Below are positions 1 to 9,203 of a DNA stretch of 64,000 bases, in pieces. The stretch covers positions 224,001 to 288,000 of the forward strand of contig CAWDRG010000019.1 of assembly GCA_963804645.1 (NCBI GenBank), read 5' to 3'. The notes below the pieces were generated by a model. That model made no database searches. It was given only the letters and a program-made list of their open reading frames with translations, and had not been told where the DNA came from. Every line of letters begins with the position of its first letter. The stretch's first letter is position 1. The translations under genes and the position numbers were made by a program. Source of the DNA: an uncultured Bacillota bacterium (GTDB taxonomy: Bacteria; Sysuimicrobiota; Sysuimicrobiia; Sysuimicrobiales; Segetimicrobiaceae).

Positions 1-548
1 ATACTATCGACAGTAAGGTTTTATCACTTACCGGAAGCGTTGGCTGGGGCCAAACCTTTTTGCTCAGGTGATCGCGGCCGGTTCGGGTGCGCTCATCTCC
101 GTTGGGGACCCGGCGGGACAGATCCTCGTGCTCGACGTGACGCCTGCCGACGCGATGGGGACGGGAGTCGGGACGTTCACCCTGGCGAGCCAGTGGGGCC
201 AGAAGCTGGCGCACGGTCTCTGCAACGCGATGCCGTCGTCGCACTGGAACGTCAACTACGCCAGACCGTAAGGGCGGTCACGGAAAGGAGGTGGCCGAGC
301 CCGGCGCGCCCCTCGACCAGAGGAACAGGTTGGCTTGATACGCGGTGAGGGGCCCGTCGTGAAAACCACTTGGGGGCTGCCTTGTGGCAGTCCTGGTTCG
401 CCCTTGTCGACGGCGGCGCCGCGGACAAAGGTGATGACCGAAATCAAGGGGGTGAACACGGTTCCAGAAGGTTCTGCGCACTGATGGCCGACATTCGGTG
501 GAGCACGTCTCCTTGGATGAGGCCAATACTTGTCGGCGGAGGTCTAAG

Positions 549-2084
549 TTGGCTACCAAACAACCGAACATCGTCGTGATTATGGCCGATGACATCGGCT
601 ACTGGAACATCGGGGCGTACCACCGGGGCATGATGGCCGGGCGGACGCCGCACCTCGACAAGCTCGCCGCCGAGGGCATGCTATTCAGCGATTACTACGG
701 GGAGGCGAGCTGCACGGCGGGGCGGGCGGCGTTCATCACCGGCCAGCTCCCGATCCGCACGGGTCTCACGACCGTCGGCCAGGCTGGCGCGGATGTCGGC
801 ATGCCGGACTCGGCGCCCACGATCGCGACCGCTCTCAAAGACATGGGCTACGCGACCGGGCAATTCGGGAAGAACCACCTGGGCGACATGAATAAGTACC
901 TGCCCACGGTCCACGGGTTCGATGAGTTCTTCGGCTATCTCTACCACCTCGACGCCATGGAGGACCCCGCCCACCCGGCCTACCCGCAGGAATTGTTGAA
1001 CATGGTCGGCCCGCGCAACATGGTCCATTCCTGGGCCACGGAGACGGATGACTCGACGGTGATGCCGCGCTGGGGCAAGGTCGGCAAGCAGAAGATTGAG
1101 GACGCCGGCACGCTGTATCCGAAGCGGATGGAGACCGTGGACGATGAGATTCTCGCGGCCAGTCTCAAGTTCGTCGACAAGGCCAAGGCAGCTGGCAAGC
1201 CGTTCTTCCTCTGGTTCAACCCGACCCGCATGCACATCGTGACCCATCTGTCGCCGAAGTATGAGGCGCTGCGCAATTCGAAGAACGGCTGGACCATTCA
1301 CGAAGCCGGGATGGCCCAGCTCGACGACAGCGTCGGCGCGCTCATGCAGTACTTGAAAGACAACGGGTTGGACGACAACACCATCGTCATGTTCACCACC
1401 GACAACGGCACCGAGACCTTTACCTGGCCCGATGGGGGACAAACGCCGTTCTACGGTTGCAAGGGCACGGGCTATGAGGGTGGGTTCCGCTGCCCCGCGT
1501 TCATTCGCTGGCCCGGCAAAGTCCCCGCCGGCACGGTGGAGCCTGGCATTATCTCGGGCATTGACTGGTTTGCGACCTTTGTGGCCGCCGCCGGCAACCC
1601 GAACATTGCCGAGGAGCTCAAGAAGGGAAAACAACTCGCTGGAAAGACCTATAAGGTACATCTGGACGGCTATAACCAGATGGACCTAATCACTGGCAAG
1701 GGGCCATCCGCCCGCCACGAGATCTTCTACTTCGCGGAAAGCAACCTTGCGGCGGTGCGGATCGACGACTTCAAGTATCGCTTCATTGAGCAACCCGGCG
1801 GCTGGATTGGTACCAAGGAGCATCCGGACGCGCCGGTGCTCGTGAACCTGCGCCTGGATCCCTTCGAGAAGGCGACGTGGCCACTGGGAAACGGAAATCT
1901 GGGATCCTACCAATTCTTCGACTGGTTCAGGTACGAGTTCTGGCGCTTTGTGTTTGTCCAACAGGAAGTGGCGAAGCTGGCCATGACGGCCATCGAGTTC
2001 CCGCCGGCGCAGAAGGGCGCGAGCTTCAACCTCGATGCGGTGAAGGCGAAGATCGCGGAAGCGATGGCAAAGCACGGACAGTAG
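549..2084 (+). CDS. Arylsulfatase (Cys-type, formylglycine-dependent)
   Basis: PNIVVIMADDIG, SCTAGRAAFITG (CxxxR signature), FGKNHLG, TTDNG, EGGFRCP. TTG start at 549 follows GGAGG at 538-542. Confidence 0.92.
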   Translation: MATKQPNIVVIMADDIGYWNIGAYHRGMMAGRTPHLDKLAAEGMLFSDYYGEASCTAGRAAFITGQLPIRTGLTTVGQAGADVGMPDSAPTIATALKDMGYATGQFGKNHLGDMNKYLPTVHGFDEFFGYLYHLDAMEDPAHPAYPQELLNMVGPRNMVHSWATETDDSTVMPRWGKVGKQKIEDAGTLYPKRMETVDDEILAASLKFVDKAKAAGKPFFLWFNPTRMHIVTHLSPKYEALRNSKNGWTIHEAGMAQLDDSVGALMQYLKDNGLDDNTIVMFTTDNGTETFTWPDGGQTPFYGCKGTGYEGGFRCPAFIRWPGKVPAGTVEPGIISGIDWFATFVAAAGNPNIAEELKKGKQLAGKTYKVHLDGYNQMDLITGKGPSARHEIFYFAESNLAAVRIDDFKYRFIEQPGGWIGTKEHPDAPVLVNLRLDPFEKATWPLGNGNLGSYQFFDWFRYEFWRFVFVQQEVAKLAMTAIEFPPAQKGASFNLDAVKAKIAEAMAKHGQ

Positions 2085-2097
2085 GCGGAGCGGCAAC

Positions 2098-2131
2098 CGG
2101 GTGGGCGGCCCGTACCAGCCGCCCACCCGTT
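2098..2131 (+). terminator. GC-rich hairpin after sulfatase 1 (possible terminator)
   Basis: Perfect 12-bp stem CGGGTGGGCGGC / GCCGCCCACCCG with 8-nt loop; U-tract weak. Confidence 0.55.
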
Positions 2132-2183
2132 CGGTCCGGAGCACGCGGCAGCGACCACGATCGAGACATAAAGGGGGAAGACA

Positions 2184-2348
2184 ATGGCGACGGCACCTAC
2201 CGTGCTGACATATCGCGTGCTGTGCGTGTCGTCGTCAGCGGCGGTCGAGCGTGTGCAGATTGGCCCGCTCGAACGGTATGGTGAGGTGCTCAGTGGAGCG
2301 TTTATCACGGTGGTTGGATTCGTGTTTCTCGTGTGGGTGCGATGGTAA
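2184..2348 (+). CDS. Small 54-aa putative membrane protein or gene remnant (not in ORF track)
   Basis: AAGGGGGAAG upstream of ATG; translation MATAPTVLTYRVLCVSSSAAVERVQIGPLERYGEVLSGAFITVVGFVFLVWVRW with a C-terminal hydrophobic helix. Confidence 0.4.
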   Translation: MATAPTVLTYRVLCVSSSAAVERVQIGPLERYGEVLSGAFITVVGFVFLVWVRW

Positions 2349-2912
2349 TTGGGACACCGGACCCCACGGGCAGCGCCGGGATCCACGCCCGATCGGACAC
2401 ACGAGCGGCAGCCCGTTGAACCCGGTGTATCACGACGCCAGTGCCAGACCAGCGGCCTCGACTCGGGCGCACGGGTCGTGTGCAGCCGACCGGGAGCTTC
2501 CCCACGTGGTTCGTGCCCCCCGTTGCGCCGACGTTGTGCCAATGGAGTCGCCGAGCGCGCACGATGTGGGTGATATTTTGCGCATGTCTTCGGCTCGCAC
2601 GCGATAGTTCTTCTGCGATCGCCTCGTACTCTTGCTATAGTGGGCGTGTAGCGGGAGCCCTTAGTCGCAACTACGAGCCATTGGGCCGGTGCCCCGCACC
2701 GTGAGTCGCGTCACACTGGTCGTACGCTGCAGCGAGTACCGCAGGCCCCCGAGACGCTCTCGGCTTCACGGATGTGACGCGGGTCGCGGGACCTCTATCG
2801 TACGCGCGTCGTCGATTTCGCGGCTCGCGTCGTCGCGATGCCGCTCTCAGGGTTCAACGTAAGCCACGGCTTGACCGCGCTTTACCGCAGGAACAACGAG
2901 TGGGGGTGCACC

Positions 2913-5270
2913 ATGGCAGATTTGAAAGAGTACAAACCCGGGACGGCATTCCCTGGGGTGATCGGACGCACGTTCGACGTGTCGAGTCCCGCCTGGCCGG
3001 CGCCGCTGCGTGCCAGAGAGGGCGCACCCAACGTGCTCTTCATTATATTGGATGATACGGGGTTCGGACACCTGGGCTGCTACGGGAGCCCCATTGAGAC
3101 ACCGAATCTGGATAGCCTGGCGGCCGGCGGCCTGCGCTACAACAATATGCACACGACGGCGCTGTGCTCGCCCACCCGTTCGTGCGTCCTCACCGGGCGA
3201 AACCATCACTCGAATGCCATGGCGTGTATCACCGAGGGCTCGACGGGGTACCCGGGCTACAATGCGAATATCCCGCACGAGAACGGCTTTCTCTCCGAGA
3301 TCCTGCTGCAGCACGGCTACAACACCTACGCATTCGGCAAGTGGCATCTGACGCCGGCCGACCAGATGTCGGCGGCCGCCCCGCGCGACCGGTGGCCGCT
3401 CGGACGCGGCTTCGAGCGCTACTACGGCTTTCTGCCCGGCGACACGCACCAGTACTATCCGGAGCTGACCTACGACAACCACCGGGTCGAGCCGGAGAAG
3501 ACGCCCGAGGAGGGGTACCATCTCAGCCAAGACCTGGCGGACCGGGCGATCAGCTTCATTGCCGACGCCAAACAGGTGGCGCCCAACAAGCCGTTTTTTG
3601 CGTACTTCGCCCCCGGGGCGTGCCACGCGCCGCATCAGGTGCCGAAGGAGTGGGCGGACAAGTACAAGGGGAAATTCGACGACGGCTGGGACGCGTATCG
3701 GAAGAAGACGTTTGCCCGGCAGAAGCAGCTCGGTATCATCCCGGCCGACGCCGAACTGTCGCGGCACGATCCGGATGTGCAGGACTGGGGCAAGCTCTCG
3801 GCGGACGAGCGGAAGCTGTACGCCCGGATGATGGAGGTGTTCGCCGGCTTCCTCAGCCACGTCGACCACCACATCGGACGGGTGCTCACCTTTCTGAAGA
3901 CGATCGGCGAGTTTGACAACACGCTCATCATGGTCCTCTCCGACAACGGGGCCAGCGCCGAAGGGGGGCCGACGGGCTCGGTCAACGAGTCCAAGTTCTT
4001 CAACATGGTGCCGGACTCGTTGGAAGAGAACCTGAAGGCGATCGACGACCTCGGAGGCCCCAAGTACTATAACCACTACGCCTGGGGATGGACCTTTGCC
4101 GGGTGCACGCCCTTCCGGCGCTGGAAGCGGGAGACCTATCGGGGCGGGATCAGCGACCCGTTCATGGTCCACTGGACGAAGGGGATCAACGCGAAGGGCG
4201 AGATCCGTACGCAGTTCGCTCACGCGATCGACATGGTGCCGACGGTGCTTGACGCGCTGGGCATCGAGCCGCCTGCGACGATCGACGGGGTCACCCAGTC
4301 GCCGATCGAAGGGGTCAGCTTTGCCCACACCTTCGACAACGGCACGGCGCCGAGCAAGCACATCACCCAGTACTTCGAGATGCTGGGCCACCGTTCGCTC
4401 TATCATGATGGGTGGCGGGCGGTCTGTCCCTGGCCCGGACCGTCGTTCACGGAAGCGGGCAAGCCGTTCGGCATGCCGATTCCGTACGCGATGCTGACCG
4501 AGCTCGACGCCAAGCACTGGGAGCTCTACCACGTCGCCGCGGATTTTGCCGAGAACCACAACGTCGCCGCGGAGAACCGGGCGAAACTGATCGAAATGAT
4601 CGCGACCTGGTACGTCGAGGCGGGCAAGTACAACGTCCTGCCGATCGACGGCCGGGGTGCGCCGCGCCTCGCCGATCCGCGCCCGCAGATCGCGGTCAAT
4701 CGCACGCGCTACATGTATTATCCTGGTACGGAAACGGTGCCGGCGAACTCGGCCGCCAACGTGCTCAACCGCTCGCACAGCATCACCGCGGACGTGGAGA
4801 TTCCGAAGGGCGGCGCGGAGGGCGTGCTCGTGTGTCACGGCGGGGTGGATGGCGGCTACACCTTCTACCTCAAGGACGGGAAGCTGCACTACGGGTACAA
4901 TTATGTCGCCGAACAGTACTACCACGCCGTCTCTGCACAGCCGGTGGCGGCGGGCCGTCACCAGCTGCGGTTCGAGTTTGAGGTCACCGGCAAACCCGAT
5001 ATCATGAAGGGGAAGGGGACGCCCGGGACCGGCCGGCTCTACATCGACGGGAAGCAGGTCGGGGAAATTCAAATGCCCGTCACCACGCCGCTCGCGATGT
5101 CGCTCGGCGGCGGGATCACGTGTGGAGCGAATCCCGGCTCGCCGGTCACGCCGGAGTACGAGCCTCCATTTGCGTTCACCGGCACGATCTACAGCGTGAC
5201 GGTGGATGTCAGCGGGGACGCGATCACGCACCCGGAAGGCGCCATGCGCGCGGTCATGGCTCACCAGTAG
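2913..5270 (+). CDS. Arylsulfatase (long AtsA/AtsD-like, C-terminal beta-sandwich domain)
   Basis: PNVLFIILDDTG, LCSPTRSCVLTGRNHH, FGKWHL, LSDNGAS, WKRETYRGG. ATG at 2913. Confidence 0.93.
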   Translation: MADLKEYKPGTAFPGVIGRTFDVSSPAWPAPLRAREGAPNVLFIILDDTGFGHLGCYGSPIETPNLDSLAAGGLRYNNMHTTALCSPTRSCVLTGRNHHSNAMACITEGSTGYPGYNANIPHENGFLSEILLQHGYNTYAFGKWHLTPADQMSAAAPRDRWPLGRGFERYYGFLPGDTHQYYPELTYDNHRVEPEKTPEEGYHLSQDLADRAISFIADAKQVAPNKPFFAYFAPGACHAPHQVPKEWADKYKGKFDDGWDAYRKKTFARQKQLGIIPADAELSRHDPDVQDWGKLSADERKLYARMMEVFAGFLSHVDHHIGRVLTFLKTIGEFDNTLIMVLSDNGASAEGGPTGSVNESKFFNMVPDSLEENLKAIDDLGGPKYYNHYAWGWTFAGCTPFRRWKRETYRGGISDPFMVHWTKGINAKGEIRTQFAHAIDMVPTVLDALGIEPPATIDGVTQSPIEGVSFAHTFDNGTAPSKHITQYFEMLGHRSLYHDGWRAVCPWPGPSFTEAGKPFGMPIPYAMLTELDAKHWELYHVAADFAENHNVAAENRAKLIEMIATWYVEAGKYNVLPIDGRGAPRLADPRPQIAVNRTRYMYYPGTETVPANSAANVLNRSHSITADVEIPKGGAEGVLVCHGGVDGGYTFYLKDGKLHYGYNYVAEQYYHAVSAQPVAAGRHQLRFEFEVTGKPDIMKGKGTPGTGRLYIDGKQVGEIQMPVTTPLAMSLGGGITCGANPGSPVTPEYEPPFAFTGTIYSVTVDVSGDAITHPEGAMRAVMAHQ

Positions 5271-5280
5271 GTCGGCCAGG

Positions 5281-5312
5281 GGCCCGGCAGTCCTCTGAAG
5301 GGCTGCCGGGCC
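5281..5312 (+). terminator. Hairpin after sulfatase 2
   Basis: GGCCCGGCAGTCC...GGGCTGCCGGGCC inverted repeat 10 nt after the stop. Confidence 0.55.
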
Positions 5313-5650
5313 TCATGCTGTCAGCCCCTCCACGAACGTCGGTTTGATTCGTGACTCGCCGCCGTGTCCGAAGAACCATCTCACGGAGCGACCGGCGGGA
5401 GGCCGCCCGCGTACCCAGGACCACACGGCGGCATACGTGCGGCATAAATGGATACAACGCGCGAGATGGTCGACGCTTATGTCCAACGGCTGCGACTCGC
5501 CCGTTGTGTCACCCGGTCCGTCTCGCGTGCGTGCGCCCCTCCGGCCACACGTTCCGCGAGCCGCCCGCAATGAATGGGTATTTCGGTCCGATCGAGAAAG
5601 TAGGGCCAAATGCTGCGAGGCGCACTCGGGGCCTGCGGAGGTGGCATGGG

Positions 5651-7210
5651 ATGACACGGGCTCGCTTGCGGAAGTGGGTCGTGGCGGTCGCGCTGACGGC
5701 GCTGCTCGGGGCCGGCGCCACCTGGGATCTGTTGCCGGCACCGGGCGCCCCCGAGCCGCCGCTGATCTTTGGGCTCTCGGCGGAACCGGTGAATCTCGAT
5801 CCGAACCTCAGCGTCGGGGCGGCGGCGCAGACCGTCAAGATGCAGCTCTACAGCGGGCTGTTCCGCTTCGGCACCGGGGGGATCGTGCAGAACGACCTGG
5901 TCGCGTCCTACGAACAGCCGACGCCGACGACGTACGTGTTTCACCTCCGTCGCAACCTGAAATTCAGCGACGGATCTCCGCTGACCGCGACGGACGTCGC
6001 CTTCACCTTTGAGCGCATCGCCGACGCCAAGGTCGGCGCGTATCTCCGGACGCTGCTTGGTGGGGTCCAGAGCGTCGACGTGGTCGATCCGCAGACGGTC
6101 AAGGTGACGCTCAGCGCGCCCGACGCGGTCTTCACCACGCTGCTCGCGCTCCCGCAGGCGGCGATCGTCTCCAAGGCGTTTGCGCTCGCGCACAACGACG
6201 ACCTGAAGGCCGCCACGCTCGGCGAAGGGCCGTACGTGCTCGGCGAGTGGCAGCGCGGCGTCCAGCTCACGGTCGAGCGGAACCCGAACTACTATCAGCG
6301 CGGGCTGCCGCGAACCTCAGAGATCCGGTTCGTGTTCTACCCCGACGACAACTCGCGCTTCGCGGCGCTTGAGTCGGGCGCGGTCGACATGATCGAGTAC
6401 GTGCCGTGGCAAGACATCTCCGCGATTCGCGCCAACCCAGAGTTTGGCTACCAGGGCACGCCCGGACCGTTCATGTATCTGCAGTTCAACGTGACGCAGG
6501 CGCCGTTCAATGACGCGCGTGTGCGGCGCGCCATGGGGTACGCGATCGACCGGGACGCGATCGTCAAGACCGCGTTCTTCGGCCGGGGCACGCCGATCTA
6601 CGGCCTGCCGATCACCAAAGGGAACCTGGCGTATGACCCGGCCCTGGACCACTACTACACGTACGACCCCGCCAAGGCCAAACAGATGCTTGGGGAGGCG
6701 GGCTTTGCGAATGGGTTCACCGCGACCCTCCTCAGCACGTCTCAGTACGGAATGCTCAAGGACACCGCCCAGGTCGTGCAGCAGAACCTGAACGCGATCG
6801 GGGAGCACGTGACGCTGGCGCTGCCGGACTGGGCGACCCGCATCGCGACGGGCAACGCCGGACGCTACCAGTTCGCGGCGAGCGGCGCGGTCGGCGACTA
6901 CCCCGACCCGGACTTTTTGACGGTGTACTTCCACTCGGGCCCGACCTACTACAACTACACGACCGGGTACGACGACGCGACAATGGATGCGATGCTGAGC
7001 ATGGCCCGCGGCATGCTCGATCCGGCCGGCCGTGCGGCCATGTACGGGAGAATCGAGCGGAAGGCGCTGGACGACGCGCCCTATATCTTCCTGAACTACC
7101 GGGAGCAGGGGTACGCGTATAAGAAGAGCGTCGGCGGGTTCCGGATCTTGCCGGGGTTCCTCGTGTTCTATACGGCCGGCACGCTGGATACCATCACGGT
7201 CACGAACTAG
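5651..7210 (+). CDS. ABC transporter substrate-binding protein, family 5 (peptide/nickel type)
   Basis: Signal peptide-like N-terminus; FHLRRNLKFSDGSPLTATDVAFTF; PFNDARVRRAMGYAIDR. GGAGG precedes ATG 5651. Confidence 0.92.
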   Translation: MTRARLRKWVVAVALTALLGAGATWDLLPAPGAPEPPLIFGLSAEPVNLDPNLSVGAAAQTVKMQLYSGLFRFGTGGIVQNDLVASYEQPTPTTYVFHLRRNLKFSDGSPLTATDVAFTFERIADAKVGAYLRTLLGGVQSVDVVDPQTVKVTLSAPDAVFTTLLALPQAAIVSKAFALAHNDDLKAATLGEGPYVLGEWQRGVQLTVERNPNYYQRGLPRTSEIRFVFYPDDNSRFAALESGAVDMIEYVPWQDISAIRANPEFGYQGTPGPFMYLQFNVTQAPFNDARVRRAMGYAIDRDAIVKTAFFGRGTPIYGLPITKGNLAYDPALDHYYTYDPAKAKQMLGEAGFANGFTATLLSTSQYGMLKDTAQVVQQNLNAIGEHVTLALPDWATRIATGNAGRYQFAASGAVGDYPDPDFLTVYFHSGPTYYNYTTGYDDATMDAMLSMARGMLDPAGRAAMYGRIERKALDDAPYIFLNYREQGYAYKKSVGGFRILPGFLVFYTAGTLDTITVTN

Positions 7211-7234
7211 CGGCGGCGTTCCGAGCAGGCTTGC

Positions 7235-8203
7235 TTGCTCAAGTACGCGTCCCGCCGCGTCCTGATCGCGGTCGTCCTCTTGTGGGTGATTGCGAGTCTG
7301 GTGTTTGCGTTTCTGCACCTGCTGCCGGGCGACCCGGTGCTGATCATCCTCGGGTCGGAGGGCGGGTCGCAGGCGCCCAGCCCGGACCAGGTCGTCGCCG
7401 TGCGCCACGCGCTCGGCCTCGACCGGCCGCTCCCGGAGCAGTACGGCCGCTGGCTGGCGCAGCTCGGGCGGTTCGACCTGGGGACGTCGCTGTACGACTC
7501 GACGTCGGTCACGAGTGATATCCTCGGGCGGCTGCCGACCAGCCTGCAGCTGATCGCGGTGGCGGTGGCGCTGGCGGTGGCCGGCGGGATTGCGATCGGC
7601 ATCGCCGCGGCCCGGCGGCGCGGCACATGGGTCGACGCGGCGCTGTCCGGCGTGCTGGCGAGCGGACTCTCGATCCCGGTGTTCGTCGTCGGCACGCTCA
7701 TGGTGCTCGTGTTCGGCGTCCTATTGAAGTGGGTGCCCATCGGCGGGTACGTGCCGTTCACGCGGGACCCCGCGGCGTATCTGCGGCAGCTCGTCCTGCC
7801 GGCCGTGACGCTCGCCTTCAGCCTGCTCGGGATCGTGGGACGGATTACCCGCGGGAGCGTGCTCGAGGTGATGCACCAAGAGTACGTGCGGACGGCGCGT
7901 GCGAAGGGGCTCAGTGAAGCCCGGGTGCTCACGCGGCACGTGCTGCGGACGGCGCTGATTCCGATCGTGACGGTGATCGGCGTCCAGTTTGGGATTCTGA
8001 TCGGCGGCACCGTGCTGGTCGAGTATGTCTTTAATTGGCCGGGCATCAGCACGCTGCTGTTCACGGCGATTCAGCGCCGCGATTACCCCACGGTGCAGGG
8101 CGTGGTGCTGGTGACCTCGGCGCTCTTCATCCTTATCAACATGGTCGTGGATCTGTCCTACGCGGCGCTCGACCCCCGGATCCGGTACGAGGGCGGCGCG
8201 TGA
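7235..8203 (+). CDS. ABC transporter permease (DppB/OppB-like)
   Basis: LGLDRPLPEQY; EAA loop EYVRTARAKGLSE; RDYPTVQG; LDPRIR. Confidence 0.93.
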   Translation: MLKYASRRVLIAVVLLWVIASLVFAFLHLLPGDPVLIILGSEGGSQAPSPDQVVAVRHALGLDRPLPEQYGRWLAQLGRFDLGTSLYDSTSVTSDILGRLPTSLQLIAVAVALAVAGGIAIGIAAARRRGTWVDAALSGVLASGLSIPVFVVGTLMVLVFGVLLKWVPIGGYVPFTRDPAAYLRQLVLPAVTLAFSLLGIVGRITRGSVLEVMHQEYVRTARAKGLSEARVLTRHVLRTALIPIVTVIGVQFGILIGGTVLVEYVFNWPGISTLLFTAIQRRDYPTVQGVVLVTSALFILINMVVDLSYAALDPRIRYEGGA

Positions 8204-9027
8204 GGCGCCGCGACCCCGCCCGGCGCGTGCAGGTGGTCACGAGCGCGGCGGTCGTGGCGGCGGTGGTTGCCGCGGCCGCGTTCCCGGGGCTGTTCACCGG
8301 GAAGGATCCGCTGCTGATGCACCCGACCATCCCGTTCGCGCCGCCGGGCGGTGCGTATCTGCTCGGCACCGACGAGTTCGGGCGCGACCTCTTTTCGCGC
8401 ATCGTGTACGGCGCGCGGCCGTCGCTCGAGGTCGCCGCTGGGTCCGTCGCGGTCGCCGGCGCGGTGGGGACGGCGCTCGGTGTCATCGGCGGGTACTGGT
8501 CGGGCGTGTGGGAGACGGTCACGATGCGGTCGGCCGACGTGGTGCTGTGTTTCCCGCCCATCCTGCTCGCGATGCTGATCGCCGGGTTTCTCGGCGCCGG
8601 CGTCGGGCACCTGATCCTGATCATCGGGTTCCTCTATCTTCCGCAGTTCAGCCGGCTGGCGTTCGCTCAGACGCTCGCGGTACGCCAGGCGGAGTTCGTG
8701 GACGCGGCCCGGGCCGCCGGCGCGTCGTCGGGGCGCATCCTCGGGCGCGCGGTCCTGCCGAATATCGTGGGCCCGCTCGTCATCCAGGCGTCGCTCTCCG
8801 CGGCGTCGGCGATGCTGCTGGAGTCCGGGCTCAGTTTCCTGGGCCTCGGCGTGCTTCCGCCGGCGCCGTCGTGGGGGCTGGAGATCGCCACCGCCCGAAA
8901 TTACATGTTTCAGACCCCGTACTATGTGCTGTGGCCGTCGCTGGCGCTGAGCCTGACGATTCTTGGGATCAACACGATGGGCGACGCGCTGCTCGACTAC
9001 CTCGATCCCCGGCGCCGCGCCGGCTGA
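8200..9027 (+). CDS. ABC transporter permease (DppC/OppC-like)
   Basis: LGTDEFGRDLFSRIVYGAR; EFVDAARAAGAS; LSFLGLG; PSWG. GTG overlaps the upstream TGA. Confidence 0.92.
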   Translation: MRRRDPARRVQVVTSAAVVAAVVAAAAFPGLFTGKDPLLMHPTIPFAPPGGAYLLGTDEFGRDLFSRIVYGARPSLEVAAGSVAVAGAVGTALGVIGGYWSGVWETVTMRSADVVLCFPPILLAMLIAGFLGAGVGHLILIIGFLYLPQFSRLAFAQTLAVRQAEFVDAARAAGASSGRILGRAVLPNIVGPLVIQASLSAASAMLLESGLSFLGLGVLPPAPSWGLEIATARNYMFQTPYYVLWPSLALSLTILGINTMGDALLDYLDPRRRAG

Positions 9028-9203
9028 GGCGGGCGCCCGGCGACAGGGCGGATGTACTGGGCACTCCTGTCGTGCGCGGTTCCACGGGCGGCAGTCCGCC
9101 GCGTCCTCCCGACTGGGACCGCGCCGTTGAACACCCGGTCGCCTGCGCCCGCTGGTGTCAGGGACATCGTGTGCGGCCGTGCCTGCGTGACATGGGCTCG
9201 AGC

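Noticed and set aside
17..271. Protein-like frame at the window start
   Set aside because: Codon pattern is plausible, but there is an in-frame TAA at 14-16, no RBS and no recognised family; cannot be judged at the window edge.
2847..5264. Long antisense or alternate-frame ORFs (also 21030-22922, 22549-25041, 41432-43870, 49481-51439, 58115-60238)
   Set aside because: Shadows of well-supported genes, expected at high GC3; Arg/Gly/Pro-rich with no motifs.
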